Origin: Bdellovibrionales bacterium
GTDB lineage: Bacteria; Bdellovibrionota; Bdellovibrionia; Bdellovibrionales; UBA1609
Assembly (NCBI GenBank): GCA_031412575.1
Contig: JANODG010000088.1
Span: 1 to 50,864, forward strand
Reading direction: 5' to 3'
DNA: 50,864 bases
In this document: positions 9,493-18,783 of the stretch, one piece after another
Layout of the letters: each line of letters starts with the position of its first letter
Position numbering within the stretch: position 1 is the stretch's first letter
Notes under the pieces: model-generated
The model's database searches: none
The model's input: the letters and a program-made list of their open reading frames with translations, nothing else
What the model was told of the DNA's origin: nothing
Translations under genes and position numbers: made by a program

Positions 9493-10218
9493 TTAAAATC
9501 CCCAAGTTTTAATCATTTCACAAATGTGATCACAGGCTAAGTTTGCGATTTTTTTTCCATGTGCAGCTGTTGCAAGGGCAGGGTTCGACGCCATTCGCCC
9601 ATCTGGGTAAAACTTTTTCATCTCTGTTGAACTTAAAGGCCAATGAGTAATTGGTTTTTCAACTTTATAATTTATGGACTGAATGGATTTAAAAGCTTCA
9701 GGATGAAAATACTGCGTCACAGACACTTCGCCGCATGTGGCGTGAAATCCGTTTTCTTCTTTAAAAACTTCTAATTCATAGTCTTGAACACACTTTAAAT
9801 GCCACCAATTCACCAAGGATAATTTTGAGGTTTCGGACCCACGTTTGATTTCAGAAAAAGCCGAAGTCATCGGCGCAATGTTACCACCGTGTCCATTAAT
9901 GAATAAAAAGTTTTTAAAACCCTGACCCTTCCAAGATTCTACCAAATCTTTAATCACCAAAATATAAGTGGAAGGGTTTAGGCTTGCGGATCCACAAAAT
10001 GCCAAGTGATGATTGGCCATTCCATAATTCAAACTTGGCGCAACCAGTCGAGAGGCTTTTTCGCCCACCATTCGACTGATGTCCATAGCTGTTAAAAAGT
10101 CAGTTCCAATTAAAGCTGTGGGGCCATGTTGTTCTGTTGATCCGACAGGCACAATTAGAGTTTGGGAAGATTTCAAGTACTCTTCGATTTGAGTCCAAGT
10201 TTTGAAAGCCAGTTCCAT
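9493..10218 (-). CDS. creatininase-family amidohydrolase
   Basis: 241 aa with GSTEQHGP and INGHGGN, motifs characteristic of the creatininase family. Confidence 0.8.
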   Translation of the reverse strand: MELAFKTWTQIEEYLKSSQTLIVPVGSTEQHGPTALIGTDFLTAMDISRMVGEKASRLVAPSLNYGMANHHLAFCGSASLNPSTYILVIKDLVESWKGQGFKNFLFINGHGGNIAPMTSAFSEIKRGSETSKLSLVNWWHLKCVQDYELEVFKEENGFHATCGEVSVTQYFHPEAFKSIQSINYKVEKPITHWPLSSTEMKKFYPDGRMASNPALATAAHGKKIANLACDHICEMIKTWGF

Positions 10219-10318
10219 TTAGATCCTCATAAAGTAGACAAGATTGGGTATAAAAAGTTATTGTATCCAAATAACTGATTTGAACAAGTCAGACTTGTAA
10301 ACAAACACGGAGACACTC

Positions 10319-10900
10319 ATGCCTTTTAAATTGCCTGAACTTAACTATTCAAAAGATGCTTTATCACCCCATATTTCTGCTGAAACAATCGAATACCATT
10401 ACGGTAAACATCATCAGACTTATGTAGATAAATTAAATGCTGCAATTGAAGGAACTCCTGATGCAGAAAAATCGTTGGAAGATATTGTTAAAAGTTCTAC
10501 CGGTGGGATTTTTAATAATGCGGCTCAGGTTTGGAATCACACGTTCTATTGGAACTCTTTATCTCCGAATGGCGGTGGCGAACCAACAGGTGAATTAGCT
10601 TCAGCTATCAAAAAACAATGGGGTAGTTATCAAGCCTTTAAAGAAGCTTTTACGGCTGCTGCTCTAGGGCAATTTGGTTCAGGGTGGGCTTGGTTAGTTA
10701 AAAAGTCAGATGGCACACTTGCGATCACAACAACTGGAAACGCGGAAACACCACTGACTCAAAAAGGTCATACAGCTTTGTTAACGTGTGACGTTTGGGA
10801 GCATGCTTACTATGTGGATTACAGAAATGCTCGACCAAAATATGTTGAAGCTTTTTGGAGTCTTGTGAACTGGGATTTTGCAACCAAGAACTACAAATAG
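10319..10900 (+). CDS. sodB: iron superoxide dismutase
   Basis: 193 aa. It has [31 protein letters not shown] and the [14 protein letters not shown] block (the latter, from memory, matches E. coli SodB exactly), plus [16 protein letters not shown] upstream. Confidence 0.95.
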   Translation: MPFKLPELNYSKDALSPHISAETIEYHYGKHHQTYVDKLNAAIEGTPDAEKSLEDIVKSSTGGIFNNAAQVWNHTFYWNSLSPNGGGEPTGELASAIKKQWGSYQAFKEAFTAAALGQFGSGWAWLVKKSDGTLAITTTGNAETPLTQKGHTALLTCDVWEHAYYVDYRNARPKYVEAFWSLVNWDFATKNYK

Positions 10901-10925
10901 TTTTTTACTCCGATCAAGTTAATTC

Positions 10926-10968
10926 AAGAAATCTTAAGCTAATCTTAAGATTTCTTAAGTCTCTTTTT
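10926..10968 (+). terminator. intrinsic terminator after sodB
   Basis: Perfect 13-bp stem AAGAAATCTTAAG/CTTAAGATTTCTT with loop CTAAT, followed by a T-rich tail. Confidence 0.7.
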
Positions 10969-11104
10969 AAAGGTTTAGTGAAATCAGCTAGACCTAAATA
11001 CAGAATGTTTAATAAATGAGATTAAAGATCAAATGGTGTTAAGCCGCTTTGTTATTGTGTCGAATATAACATGTCTAAAAACTAAATTATATTAGGATGT
11101 TACG

Positions 11105-12247
11105 ATGAGCGAAGTTGAGAAAAAACATTTTAAGAATCATATTATTGCGGTGGTTATTCTTCTTACCTTTTTAGGTTTTGTCGGCTCCATTTTCTATAAA
11201 AAGTTTCAAACTCAAACAAATCTTGAAATTACAATCAACATTGCCAACCGACAAATCATGCTATCGCAAAAAATAGCAAGTTTAGTGGCTCAGTATAAAA
11301 GCGGTGACAGAAAAGTTGTTGAAGAATTAAAAACTAACTTGAAAATGTTTCGTGACTCGCACACAAGTCTTCTTAAGACTTACGATCAAACTATAATTCC
11401 TAAAAATGAATTACGAGAAATTTATTATGGCAAAGAAAAAGCTTTAAATAATAAAGTCGCGATTTTTATAAACCAAGTCGAAGAGTTCATAAAGCTTCCA
11501 CTAAAAAGTAAAAAATCAAATATTTACTACAAAAAAATCTTTGCACAAGCCAACTCTGATTTAATGCTTTACTTGGACGAAGTTGTAGGTGTGTACCAAG
11601 CTGCAGCGAAAACAAAACTTAACTATTTGTTCACTTTATATATATTGATGTTTTTTTCAGTAACGATTCTTATAGGACTACACTTCAAATATATCTTTTT
11701 ACCAATGATTCAATCTATGAAAAAATATCAAATGCAATTGTCGCAGTCACAGCTGATGGACACGCTGACACAAATACCAAACAGAAAACACTTTTTTAGC
11801 GTTGGTGAAGTAGAAGTTTTACGTTCACGCCGGTTTAGTCGCCCTCTTACAATTTTACTTTTAGACATCGACTACTTTAAGAACTTTAATGAAGCCAACG
11901 GTTATGCAGAAGGCGACAACTTGGTTATTAATGTAACGCGGATGATTAAAAACAATATGCGCACTATTGATATCGTCGGTCGAATGGAAGGTGGAAATTT
12001 TGCTATTTTACTTCCAGAAACAAATTTAAATCAGGCCGTGATATTGGCAGATAGATTAAGACGAGTGATTAGTGCCGAAAACATAGTTACGTCAAAGACC
12101 AAAACCAATAAAATAACTGTAAGTATTGGTGTTGCCGAAGTTCAATATGCCAAAAGTGGAATTGAACAAGCAATTAAAGAGGCCGAAACCAATTTGTATT
12201 TTGCGAAAGAAGCCGGAAGAAATGCTGTAGTGCCAGAAGCGGCCTAA
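11105..12247 (+). CDS. membrane sensor protein: PilJ/NIT-type periplasmic domain plus a degenerate GGDEF domain
   Basis: 380 aa with INIANRQIMLSQKIA (PilJ/NarX P-box-like) and two TM segments. The GGDEF-domain fold is present (TQIPNRKHF...LLLDIDYFKNFNE...), but the signature reads EGGNF where GG(D/E)EF is expected. Confidence 0.75.
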   Translation: MSEVEKKHFKNHIIAVVILLTFLGFVGSIFYKKFQTQTNLEITINIANRQIMLSQKIASLVAQYKSGDRKVVEELKTNLKMFRDSHTSLLKTYDQTIIPKNELREIYYGKEKALNNKVAIFINQVEEFIKLPLKSKKSNIYYKKIFAQANSDLMLYLDEVVGVYQAAAKTKLNYLFTLYILMFFSVTILIGLHFKYIFLPMIQSMKKYQMQLSQSQLMDTLTQIPNRKHFFSVGEVEVLRSRRFSRPLTILLLDIDYFKNFNEANGYAEGDNLVINVTRMIKNNMRTIDIVGRMEGGNFAILLPETNLNQAVILADRLRRVISAENIVTSKTKTNKITVSIGVAEVQYAKSGIEQAIKEAETNLYFAKEAGRNAVVPEAA

Positions 12248-12308
12248 TTAAAAAAAACGAAGTGCAAAAAAGCCTTAAATGTTAAAATGTGTTTGGAAAT
12301 GATTAGTT

Positions 12309-12560
12309 ATGAAAAAAATAAAAATCGTATTGATTATTTGTTCCCTTATAATCTCCATTTTATTCATGTGTTTTGTTTATTATGGCCAAGTGAAATCAAG
12401 TTTGATGAATTCTGAAGTGGCTTTACCTTTAATTTCGATTTGGGCTTATCGCATTTCAGAGCTTTTGATTGAACAATCAAAAGTGCTCTTTTTTGTTCAA
12501 TTGTTTTTAAATGCAGCTTTGATATTTTTAATTGTTCGTCCCAACAAAACAGAAAAGTAA
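12309..12560 (+). CDS. small hypothetical membrane protein
   Basis: 83 aa with two or three hydrophobic helices. No other support. Confidence 0.35.
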   Translation: MKKIKIVLIICSLIISILFMCFVYYGQVKSSLMNSEVALPLISIWAYRISELLIEQSKVLFFVQLFLNAALIFLIVRPNKTEK

Positions 12561-12658
12561 TCCTTCTTATTTCTACCCAAAGACTCAATTTTTAGAAATT
12601 AGTTCATCTTGGGTTTTTTGGTCTTCAACTTTTTTAGATCGAAGTGTAAGTTCTTGTC

Positions 12659-13126
12659 ATGATAAAGATCATTCCCTACGAGCCTCAATTTAAGTCCCAT
12701 TTTTATGAAATAAATAAAGAATGGATCAGTCAAATGTTTCAAATGGAACCCATCGATGAACTTGTTTTAAGTCAGCCCGAAAAAATGCTTTTAGATTCTG
12801 GGGGCTACATTTGGTTTGCCCACGACGATAAGTTGGGAATTATTGGCACTGCAGCCTTAAGAAAAACTTCAGAAGACGAATATGAGCTGACCAAAATGGG
12901 GGTTTATTCTAAGGCCCGTGGATTAAAAGCCGGTGAGTTGTTATTACAACACGTGATTCAATTTGTGAAAGATCAAAAAATTAAAAATTGTTACTTGCTT
13001 ACTAACTCGGATTGCGAAGCTGCCATTCATTTGTATTTAAAAAATGGTTTCGTTCATGATCAAGAGGTTAAGGATAAGCACGGCGCAGAGTACGCCCGCG
13101 CTGATGTGGCAATGAAGCTTAAGTAA
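12659..13126 (+). CDS. GNAT-family N-acetyltransferase
   Basis: 155 aa with an acetyl-CoA motif A-like segment, MGVYSKARGLKAGELLLQHV. Confidence 0.7.
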   Translation: MIKIIPYEPQFKSHFYEINKEWISQMFQMEPIDELVLSQPEKMLLDSGGYIWFAHDDKLGIIGTAALRKTSEDEYELTKMGVYSKARGLKAGELLLQHVIQFVKDQKIKNCYLLTNSDCEAAIHLYLKNGFVHDQEVKDKHGAEYARADVAMKLK

Positions 13127-13158
13127 ACTTTAAGTAAACCTAATCACTATAGCTTTAG

Positions 13159-14223
13159 CTATATGAGCTCAAGCACGCTGTTTTTTAACTGTTCGAGGTC
13201 TACATTTTTTAAATCAATTTTTTTTAAATCCTCTTTAATTTCTACTCCTTTCATATTCATGGCCACAATCAAAGCGTTCCTTTTTAATCCAAAACCCCTG
13301 GATCTAGATAGAGGTGTGCCAAAATATTTTTTTTCTAAGGATTTGTGGGACGATTTAAGAATGTCTAATATTTCCTGAAGAGCTTCCTCGCGGTCGAATT
13401 CATTTTTTTTGTTAATCTGATTTAAAGTGTGCAGTTTAATATTCCAGGGGCAAACATCTTGGCAAATGTCACAACCAAAAAACCAAGACTCAAATTTTTG
13501 AGCCAGGCTCAAGGGCGGCACATTTTTACTTTCGATGGTCCAATACGAAATACATTTGTTCGCATCAAGCTTTTGGGGACTGAGAGCTTTCGTAGGACAG
13601 GCCTCTATGCATTTTGTACATGTACCACATCTATCGGGGTGGTAAGCAACATCCGTCATCTCAGACGCACTGTCAGGGCCCATTAACCTTGGGGTGGGCG
13701 AATCAAGCTCTGCTACGAAATCAAGAGTTGATATGATTTCACCAATTAAAAAGTAACTTCCATAGGTTTGATGAATCAACATTGTATTTTTACCAAACCA
13801 CCCAAGCCCAGCCTGGTAAGCAAAGTCTCTTTCTAAAATTGGTTTTGAATCCGTTGATGTTTTAAAAGTTTCATTTGGAAATATCTCTTGTAGCCTAAGA
13901 ACCGCATCTTCTAGTTTTTGTTTGAAGAAAAAATGATAATCTTCGCCCTTGGCGTAACTTGCCATCTTCATGGAACTTAATTTTTTAGGCTTAGGATGAT
14001 CAAAATAATCTAAAGTGACCATAATGATGGACTTTGCCCGAGGTAAAAAATGAACTAAGTCTTTTTTTTGGTTTAAGTGTTCCTTTAAATAATTCATGTC
14101 TGCGTTTAGACCTTCATCCAACCAATTCTCGTAGAAAGAAAGGCTAATGGGTTTAGTTAAATTAATCATATTCACTTGAGCAAAGTTTAAGTCCTTAAGT
14201 GAATTGATAATTTGTGCTTTCAT
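13159..14223 (-). CDS. queG: epoxyqueuosine reductase
   Basis: Two ferredoxin-type clusters, CGTCTKCIEACP and CDICQDVCPWN, with QueG-like architecture. The start is set at MKAQIINSL to avoid overlap with the divergent cca gene. The ORF is open up to 14280. Confidence 0.8.
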   Translation of the reverse strand: MKAQIINSLKDLNFAQVNMINLTKPISLSFYENWLDEGLNADMNYLKEHLNQKKDLVHFLPRAKSIIMVTLDYFDHPKPKKLSSMKMASYAKGEDYHFFFKQKLEDAVLRLQEIFPNETFKTSTDSKPILERDFAYQAGLGWFGKNTMLIHQTYGSYFLIGEIISTLDFVAELDSPTPRLMGPDSASEMTDVAYHPDRCGTCTKCIEACPTKALSPQKLDANKCISYWTIESKNVPPLSLAQKFESWFFGCDICQDVCPWNIKLHTLNQINKKNEFDREEALQEILDILKSSHKSLEKKYFGTPLSRSRGFGLKRNALIVAMNMKGVEIKEDLKKIDLKNVDLEQLKNSVLELI

Positions 14224-14247
14224 AGGGATACGCATATATTTAAAGAG

Positions 14248-15534
14248 ATGGTGAAGCAAAGACAAATTTTGAATTTCCAAGAATTTATCAAAAACTCTAA
14301 GGTTTTAAATGTCTTAGAAGCTTTATTGAAAGAAGGTTTTGAAGCCTATCTTGCTGGTGGAGCTGTTCGAGATATGCTGTTGGATATTGCCCCTCGTGAT
14401 TTTGACATCGCCACAAATGCTAGACCAAAAGACGTAAAGCGCATGTTCCCACACCATACAAATCGCGGTGAGCGTTTTGGAACCATCGCTGTCATCGTTG
14501 AGTCAGAAACTTTTGAAATTACAACCTACAGATCTGAAGACGTCTATACGGATTTAAGACATCCTGACCAAATTAAATTTGCCGAAAGTTTATTTGAAGA
14601 TTCAAGACGAAGGGATTTTACAATCAATGCGATGTACTCCGACCACAAAGGAAATATTCAAGACCCACAAAATGGGGTTATGGATTTAGAGCAAAAAATC
14701 CTACGAACTGTTGGAATTTCTGAAGAGCGTTTTTCAGAAGACGCTTTAAGGGTGCTCAGGGCTTTTAGGTTTTCAAGCCAGCTCGGATTTTCTATTGAAG
14801 CTAAAACTTTAAATTCAGCCATTGAACATTGGTCAAATATTTCAAAAGTTTCCAGCGAGAGAGTTTATGAAGAATTTAAAAAAATGATTGTTGGAAAAGA
14901 TTTTTACAAACTTTTACCTGAATTGATCAATAATAAATTGTTCGAATATTTCGTAGAATCCAGACATTCCATCAGTCTTAAATATATGCAAGAGCGAATT
15001 AAAAGTTACTCGAAATCCAAGCTTTTGTTCGAAAATTTCCTTCTTGATCTATCCATATCTCAGAAGAATTATTTTGAATTTTACCTCAATTCTTGGAAAG
15101 ATTTTTTACCTTTAAGAAAGATTGAGAAAAATTTCTTTGAAGAGGCTTTTTATTTTATTAAATATTTGGATTTGTTTAAAAACAATTTTCAGAAAGTTAA
15201 AATGTTCGATCTCAACAAAAAAAATTCTGACCCCTTTGTAGGTCGAGCGCTAAGGCTAGCCTTAAATACATGGTCTCTTGAAGAATTGAAAATGTTTTTA
15301 AATACAGATTTTTTTAAATATTTAGACATTGACGCAAAGTTTGCTGAAGCTCTGATCTTGGCTTTAAATAAGTTACCAGAAGACTTAACACCCCTAGTTT
15401 CGGGTAAGGATTTGATTTTAGCGGGGGAGGGTCCAGGCCCAGCGCTTCGTGAAAAGATTAATTTAATTTTTGAACTTCAGCTTGAAAACCCAAGTGATGA
15501 CATTGAATCCTTATTGAAAAAAAGTAGAAGGTAA
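14248..15534 (+). CDS. cca: CCA-adding tRNA nucleotidyltransferase / poly(A) polymerase family
   Basis: Motifs LAGGAVRDMLL...DFDIAT, ERFGT and RRDFTINAM. The start is set at MVKQRQ, which has an AAAGAG RBS. Confidence 0.8.
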   Translation: MVKQRQILNFQEFIKNSKVLNVLEALLKEGFEAYLAGGAVRDMLLDIAPRDFDIATNARPKDVKRMFPHHTNRGERFGTIAVIVESETFEITTYRSEDVYTDLRHPDQIKFAESLFEDSRRRDFTINAMYSDHKGNIQDPQNGVMDLEQKILRTVGISEERFSEDALRVLRAFRFSSQLGFSIEAKTLNSAIEHWSNISKVSSERVYEEFKKMIVGKDFYKLLPELINNKLFEYFVESRHSISLKYMQERIKSYSKSKLLFENFLLDLSISQKNYFEFYLNSWKDFLPLRKIEKNFFEEAFYFIKYLDLFKNNFQKVKMFDLNKKNSDPFVGRALRLALNTWSLEELKMFLNTDFFKYLDIDAKFAEALILALNKLPEDLTPLVSGKDLILAGEGPGPALREKINLIFELQLENPSDDIESLLKKSRR

Positions 15535-15738
15535 TTACTTTTTTAGCTCTTGTTTTCCTATTGACCCACGCTTTTTACCGCTATGGTTACGCCAGTTGTA
15601 ATCACTACTTTGAGTGTATCGGGCTTGCCAAGACTCCCACTTCTTTTTGGGGTGATTGTGTCTGACAGATCCGTCTTTATCAAAAATGTCTGGGGATTTA
15701 CCAAATAAAAAACCACCGATAGCGCTGAATAAACCCAT
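15535..15738 (-). CDS. small hypothetical basic protein
   Basis: 67 aa with an AGGAG RBS 8 nt upstream. I prefer it over the overlapping alternative-frame ORF 15558-15755, which lacks an RBS. Confidence 0.45.
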   Translation of the reverse strand: MGLFSAIGGFLFGKSPDIFDKDGSVRHNHPKKKWESWQARYTQSSDYNWRNHSGKKRGSIGKQELKK

Positions 15739-15779
15739 TTGAAATCTCCTAACAATTTGAATACTAAATTCGTGAAGTG

Positions 15780-16523
15780 CTAAAATTTTGCTTTTAAAGT
15801 TGTCATGTACATTGTGTCGACACGTAATAATCCCGCAACAGCAGGCACGTTGTCAAAGCTATATCTGTAAGCTAATCCAAGTGAAAAGTTACCAGTCAAC
15901 ATAACGCTTAGCGAAGGCTCTATGCGAACTTCCACATCTTCTGTCTCTTCGACATTAAGCTTAGACTCGGCCCAAACTTTTCCAGAAAGTGTAGTGCTGA
16001 ATTTGGAATTAGCCTCAAAGTATGCACGGTAAAAATTGATATCATTTGTGTCACCACTTGCAGGGCCAATTAAATATCCAGTTTCTTGACGATAAAGGTA
16101 ACCATGTTCTGTAAAAAAGTTTTTTTCTTCAGATTTTAAAAAATGGTAAGAAAGACCAGGGCCGACTTCGAAACGATCTTCAAACCCACGAAAATTATCT
16201 TTTGACCAAGACGTAACTGCAAATGCACCAAACATTTCATTAAAAACACGATTGTATTTTAATTCTACAAGTGAATTTTCGGAAGTCAGCTGTTTTGTGC
16301 CCCCAACGACACCTTCGGATTGAAAGTATTCACCTCGGAAAGCGACTTCATCTTTATCCGTAAGTTTGTATTTATCTAAAGTTTTAATGGATACGGACTG
16401 AGAGTCTGCGTTTCCTGAATTCACAACAAGGCCGGCTTCGGTTTCACTGGACCAATTCTTTTTTTCTTGAGCGTGAGCAGATGTCACTGTTACCAAGCTC
16501 AACATAATAAACAGAAAATTCAT
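15780..16523 (-). CDS. DUF481-like outer-membrane beta-barrel protein
   Basis: 247 aa with signal peptide ...SAHA/QE, an alternating beta-strand pattern, an N-terminal W-x-ETEAGLVVNSGN motif and a C-terminal Phe. Confidence 0.6.
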   Translation of the reverse strand: MNFLFIMLSLVTVTSAHAQEKKNWSSETEAGLVVNSGNADSQSVSIKTLDKYKLTDKDEVAFRGEYFQSEGVVGGTKQLTSENSLVELKYNRVFNEMFGAFAVTSWSKDNFRGFEDRFEVGPGLSYHFLKSEEKNFFTEHGYLYRQETGYLIGPASGDTNDINFYRAYFEANSKFSTTLSGKVWAESKLNVEETEDVEVRIEPSLSVMLTGNFSLGLAYRYSFDNVPAVAGLLRVDTMYMTTLKAKF

Positions 16524-16648
16524 GCCCTATGCTCCTAGAGAAATTAGATTTTAAGGACTAGCTATATTACGGAATGACTTGAAATGGAAAGAGTTTTTAA
16601 TTTAAAGTAACAAGTATGTTATTCTATTAATCTAAAGCAGGTGAGCCC

Positions 16649-17635
16649 TTGAAAAAGAAAGAAACTTTAATTTTAAATCGCCCAAGGCGTTTAAGAAAAA
16701 ACCAAACTGTAAGATCTTCGGTAGCAGAAACGCATTTAACAGCGGCAAATTTAGTGCAGCCACTTTTTGTGTCGACAAAAACCGAAAGTATTTTATCAAT
16801 GCCGGGTCAGTCTCGTTTAAGCTTAAAAGATTTTGAAAATAAAATTGTAAGCCTAAAGGATTCTGGCTTGTTTGGCGTGGCTTTGTTTTCTCATGTTGAA
16901 GATAAATTTAAAGACCCAGAAGCTTCTATGGCCTTAAAAGACAATCTATACTTTGAAGCTATCGACTGTGTAAAAAGACTTGCGCCGAAACTTCAAGTGA
17001 TCACTGATGTGGCCCTAGACCCTTACTCTTCTGACGGTCACGACGGGTTGGTATCAAAGAATGGCGAGATTTTAAACGATGAAACTTGTGAAATTTTAGC
17101 AGAAATGGCTTTAATCCACGCAAAGATGGGAGCGGATTTTATTGCCCCTTCAGACATGATGGACGGGCGTGTTTTTGAAATTCGCCAGGCCTTAGAAAAG
17201 AATGATTACAAGAACGTCGGGATTATCAGTTACACCGCGAAATACGCATCAAGTTATTATGGTCCATTTCGTGATGCTTTAGATTCTGCCCCAAAATGGG
17301 GGAACAAAAAGACTTATCAAATGGACTTTGCAAATTCTGACGAGTCTATACGTGAGGCTTTGTTGGATAGCGAAGAGGGTGCGGATTATTTGATGGTTAA
17401 ACCAGCAGGACCCTACTTAGATATTATTTATAGATTAAAAAGTTTAAACCTGGCACCGATCGCCGCGTATCAAGTCAGCGGGGAGTATTCTAGTCTAGTG
17501 GCTGCATTTGAAAAAGATTGGTTGCCACGCCCAAAAGTCATTCACGAGTCCTTGCTGGGGATTCGTCGAGCCGGAGCAAGTTTGATATTTACATACTTTG
17601 CCGAGGAATGGGCTCTTAGAAAAATCTTAACTTGA
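16649..17635 (+). CDS. hemB: porphobilinogen synthase (ALA dehydratase)
   Basis: 328 aa with a TTG start and AGGTGA RBS. It has the N-terminal RPRRLRKN motif, the Schiff-base lysine region YLMVKPAGPYLDI, and IAAYQVSGEY. Confidence 0.93.
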   Translation: MKKKETLILNRPRRLRKNQTVRSSVAETHLTAANLVQPLFVSTKTESILSMPGQSRLSLKDFENKIVSLKDSGLFGVALFSHVEDKFKDPEASMALKDNLYFEAIDCVKRLAPKLQVITDVALDPYSSDGHDGLVSKNGEILNDETCEILAEMALIHAKMGADFIAPSDMMDGRVFEIRQALEKNDYKNVGIISYTAKYASSYYGPFRDALDSAPKWGNKKTYQMDFANSDESIREALLDSEEGADYLMVKPAGPYLDIIYRLKSLNLAPIAAYQVSGEYSSLVAAFEKDWLPRPKVIHESLLGIRRAGASLIFTYFAEEWALRKILT

Positions 17636-17785
17636 TACATTAACATGCACTTTTTTGAGACAATAATTTAAGCTTTTTAAGAAGAGTAAAATAAAAACCA
17701 AAATGCCAAACTAAAATCTTAAATTTCAAACCAAATATGACATTTCCGTGACAAAACCAGGTCTCATTTGGTTTACATTTAAAGG

Positions 17786-18730
17786 GTGAGTCATTCATTG
17801 AACGTTTACCATTTCATTAAAAACGAAGGTCAAAAAGACTTTGATCTTTTAGCGTCTTTGAAAAACTTAGAATCTTCAGACAGCGAAATCTCTTCGAATA
17901 TCATTTGCTTCGAAACATGTTTAAGAAAAATTTGGATTTCTAATTTCGATTTCAATTCAATATCTGAACAAAATAGTTCTTTAAAACTAAATTCCATTAC
18001 GTCTTCTGATTTAAATTTAGAAATCATGAATGATGATGCGGCCTATCACTTTTTACTCGAAGTTTTATGTGGTTTAAAGTCCCCGGTTATTGGTGAGACT
18101 GAAGTTTTTGGCCAGTTTAAAAATCAAGTGTTGAAGAGCTTAAGTTCTAAACACCCTTTGTTTAAAGTGATCACCTCTATAGTTGCAGATACAAAAAACA
18201 TCAGGTCTAAGCATTTAACAAATCTGGGTTCAAGCAGCTATGGAAGCTTAGCTAGAAAGTATTTAACAGGTTTTAAATCTTTAGATATTTTAGGGGCTGG
18301 TCAGTTCGTACAAAGTTTAAAACCATGGATTGAAAAATTAGATATCCACACCCATGTGTATACCCGCGGACCAGAAAAGTATGCTGAGGTCTTTCAAAGT
18401 TCAAAATGGACTTTAAATGTTATATCTGAGTTTTCACCCTTGCTTTCCGAAAAGCCAAAGGCTTTATTTATCTGCGCACCAATAGATTTAAAAAATTATG
18501 ATCTTTCAACTTATGATTTAGTGGTGGATTTCAGGGACCTTTCGAACTTAGATCAGATTCAACATAAAAACTTAAAAGTTTTGGTAGAAATCTTTAAAGA
18601 GATCCAGAAAGATAACTTACAAGCAGAACAAAAAAAGATCGAAGCCTTGGCTTCGGTCGACCAAGCCAGCCAACTGTATATTGCAACAATGAATCATCGC
18701 CCTTTTGGTTGGGACGATTTAAGCGCTTAA
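17786..18730 (+). CDS. hemA: glutamyl-tRNA reductase, short divergent form
   Basis: 314 aa with a GTG start. It has ETCLRKIW (in place of TCNR), HFLLEVLCGLKSPVIGETEVFGQFK and the Rossmann segment ILGAGQFVQ. The usual ~100-aa C-terminal dimerisation domain is missing. Confidence 0.65.
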   Translation: MSHSLNVYHFIKNEGQKDFDLLASLKNLESSDSEISSNIICFETCLRKIWISNFDFNSISEQNSSLKLNSITSSDLNLEIMNDDAAYHFLLEVLCGLKSPVIGETEVFGQFKNQVLKSLSSKHPLFKVITSIVADTKNIRSKHLTNLGSSSYGSLARKYLTGFKSLDILGAGQFVQSLKPWIEKLDIHTHVYTRGPEKYAEVFQSSKWTLNVISEFSPLLSEKPKALFICAPIDLKNYDLSTYDLVVDFRDLSNLDQIQHKNLKVLVEIFKEIQKDNLQAEQKKIEALASVDQASQLYIATMNHRPFGWDDLSA

Positions 18731-18783
18731 TCACGACAGTTCATAATAATGCAAACAATTACAATGATTGAATTCAACATTTA

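Noticed and set aside
10255-10297. Two short inverted repeats upstream of sodB (AGTTATT...AATAACT and ACAAGTC-A-GACTTGT), considered as possible operator sites such as a Fur box.
   Set aside because: Neither resembles the Fur consensus I know, and 7-bp palindromes are common in AT-rich intergenic DNA.
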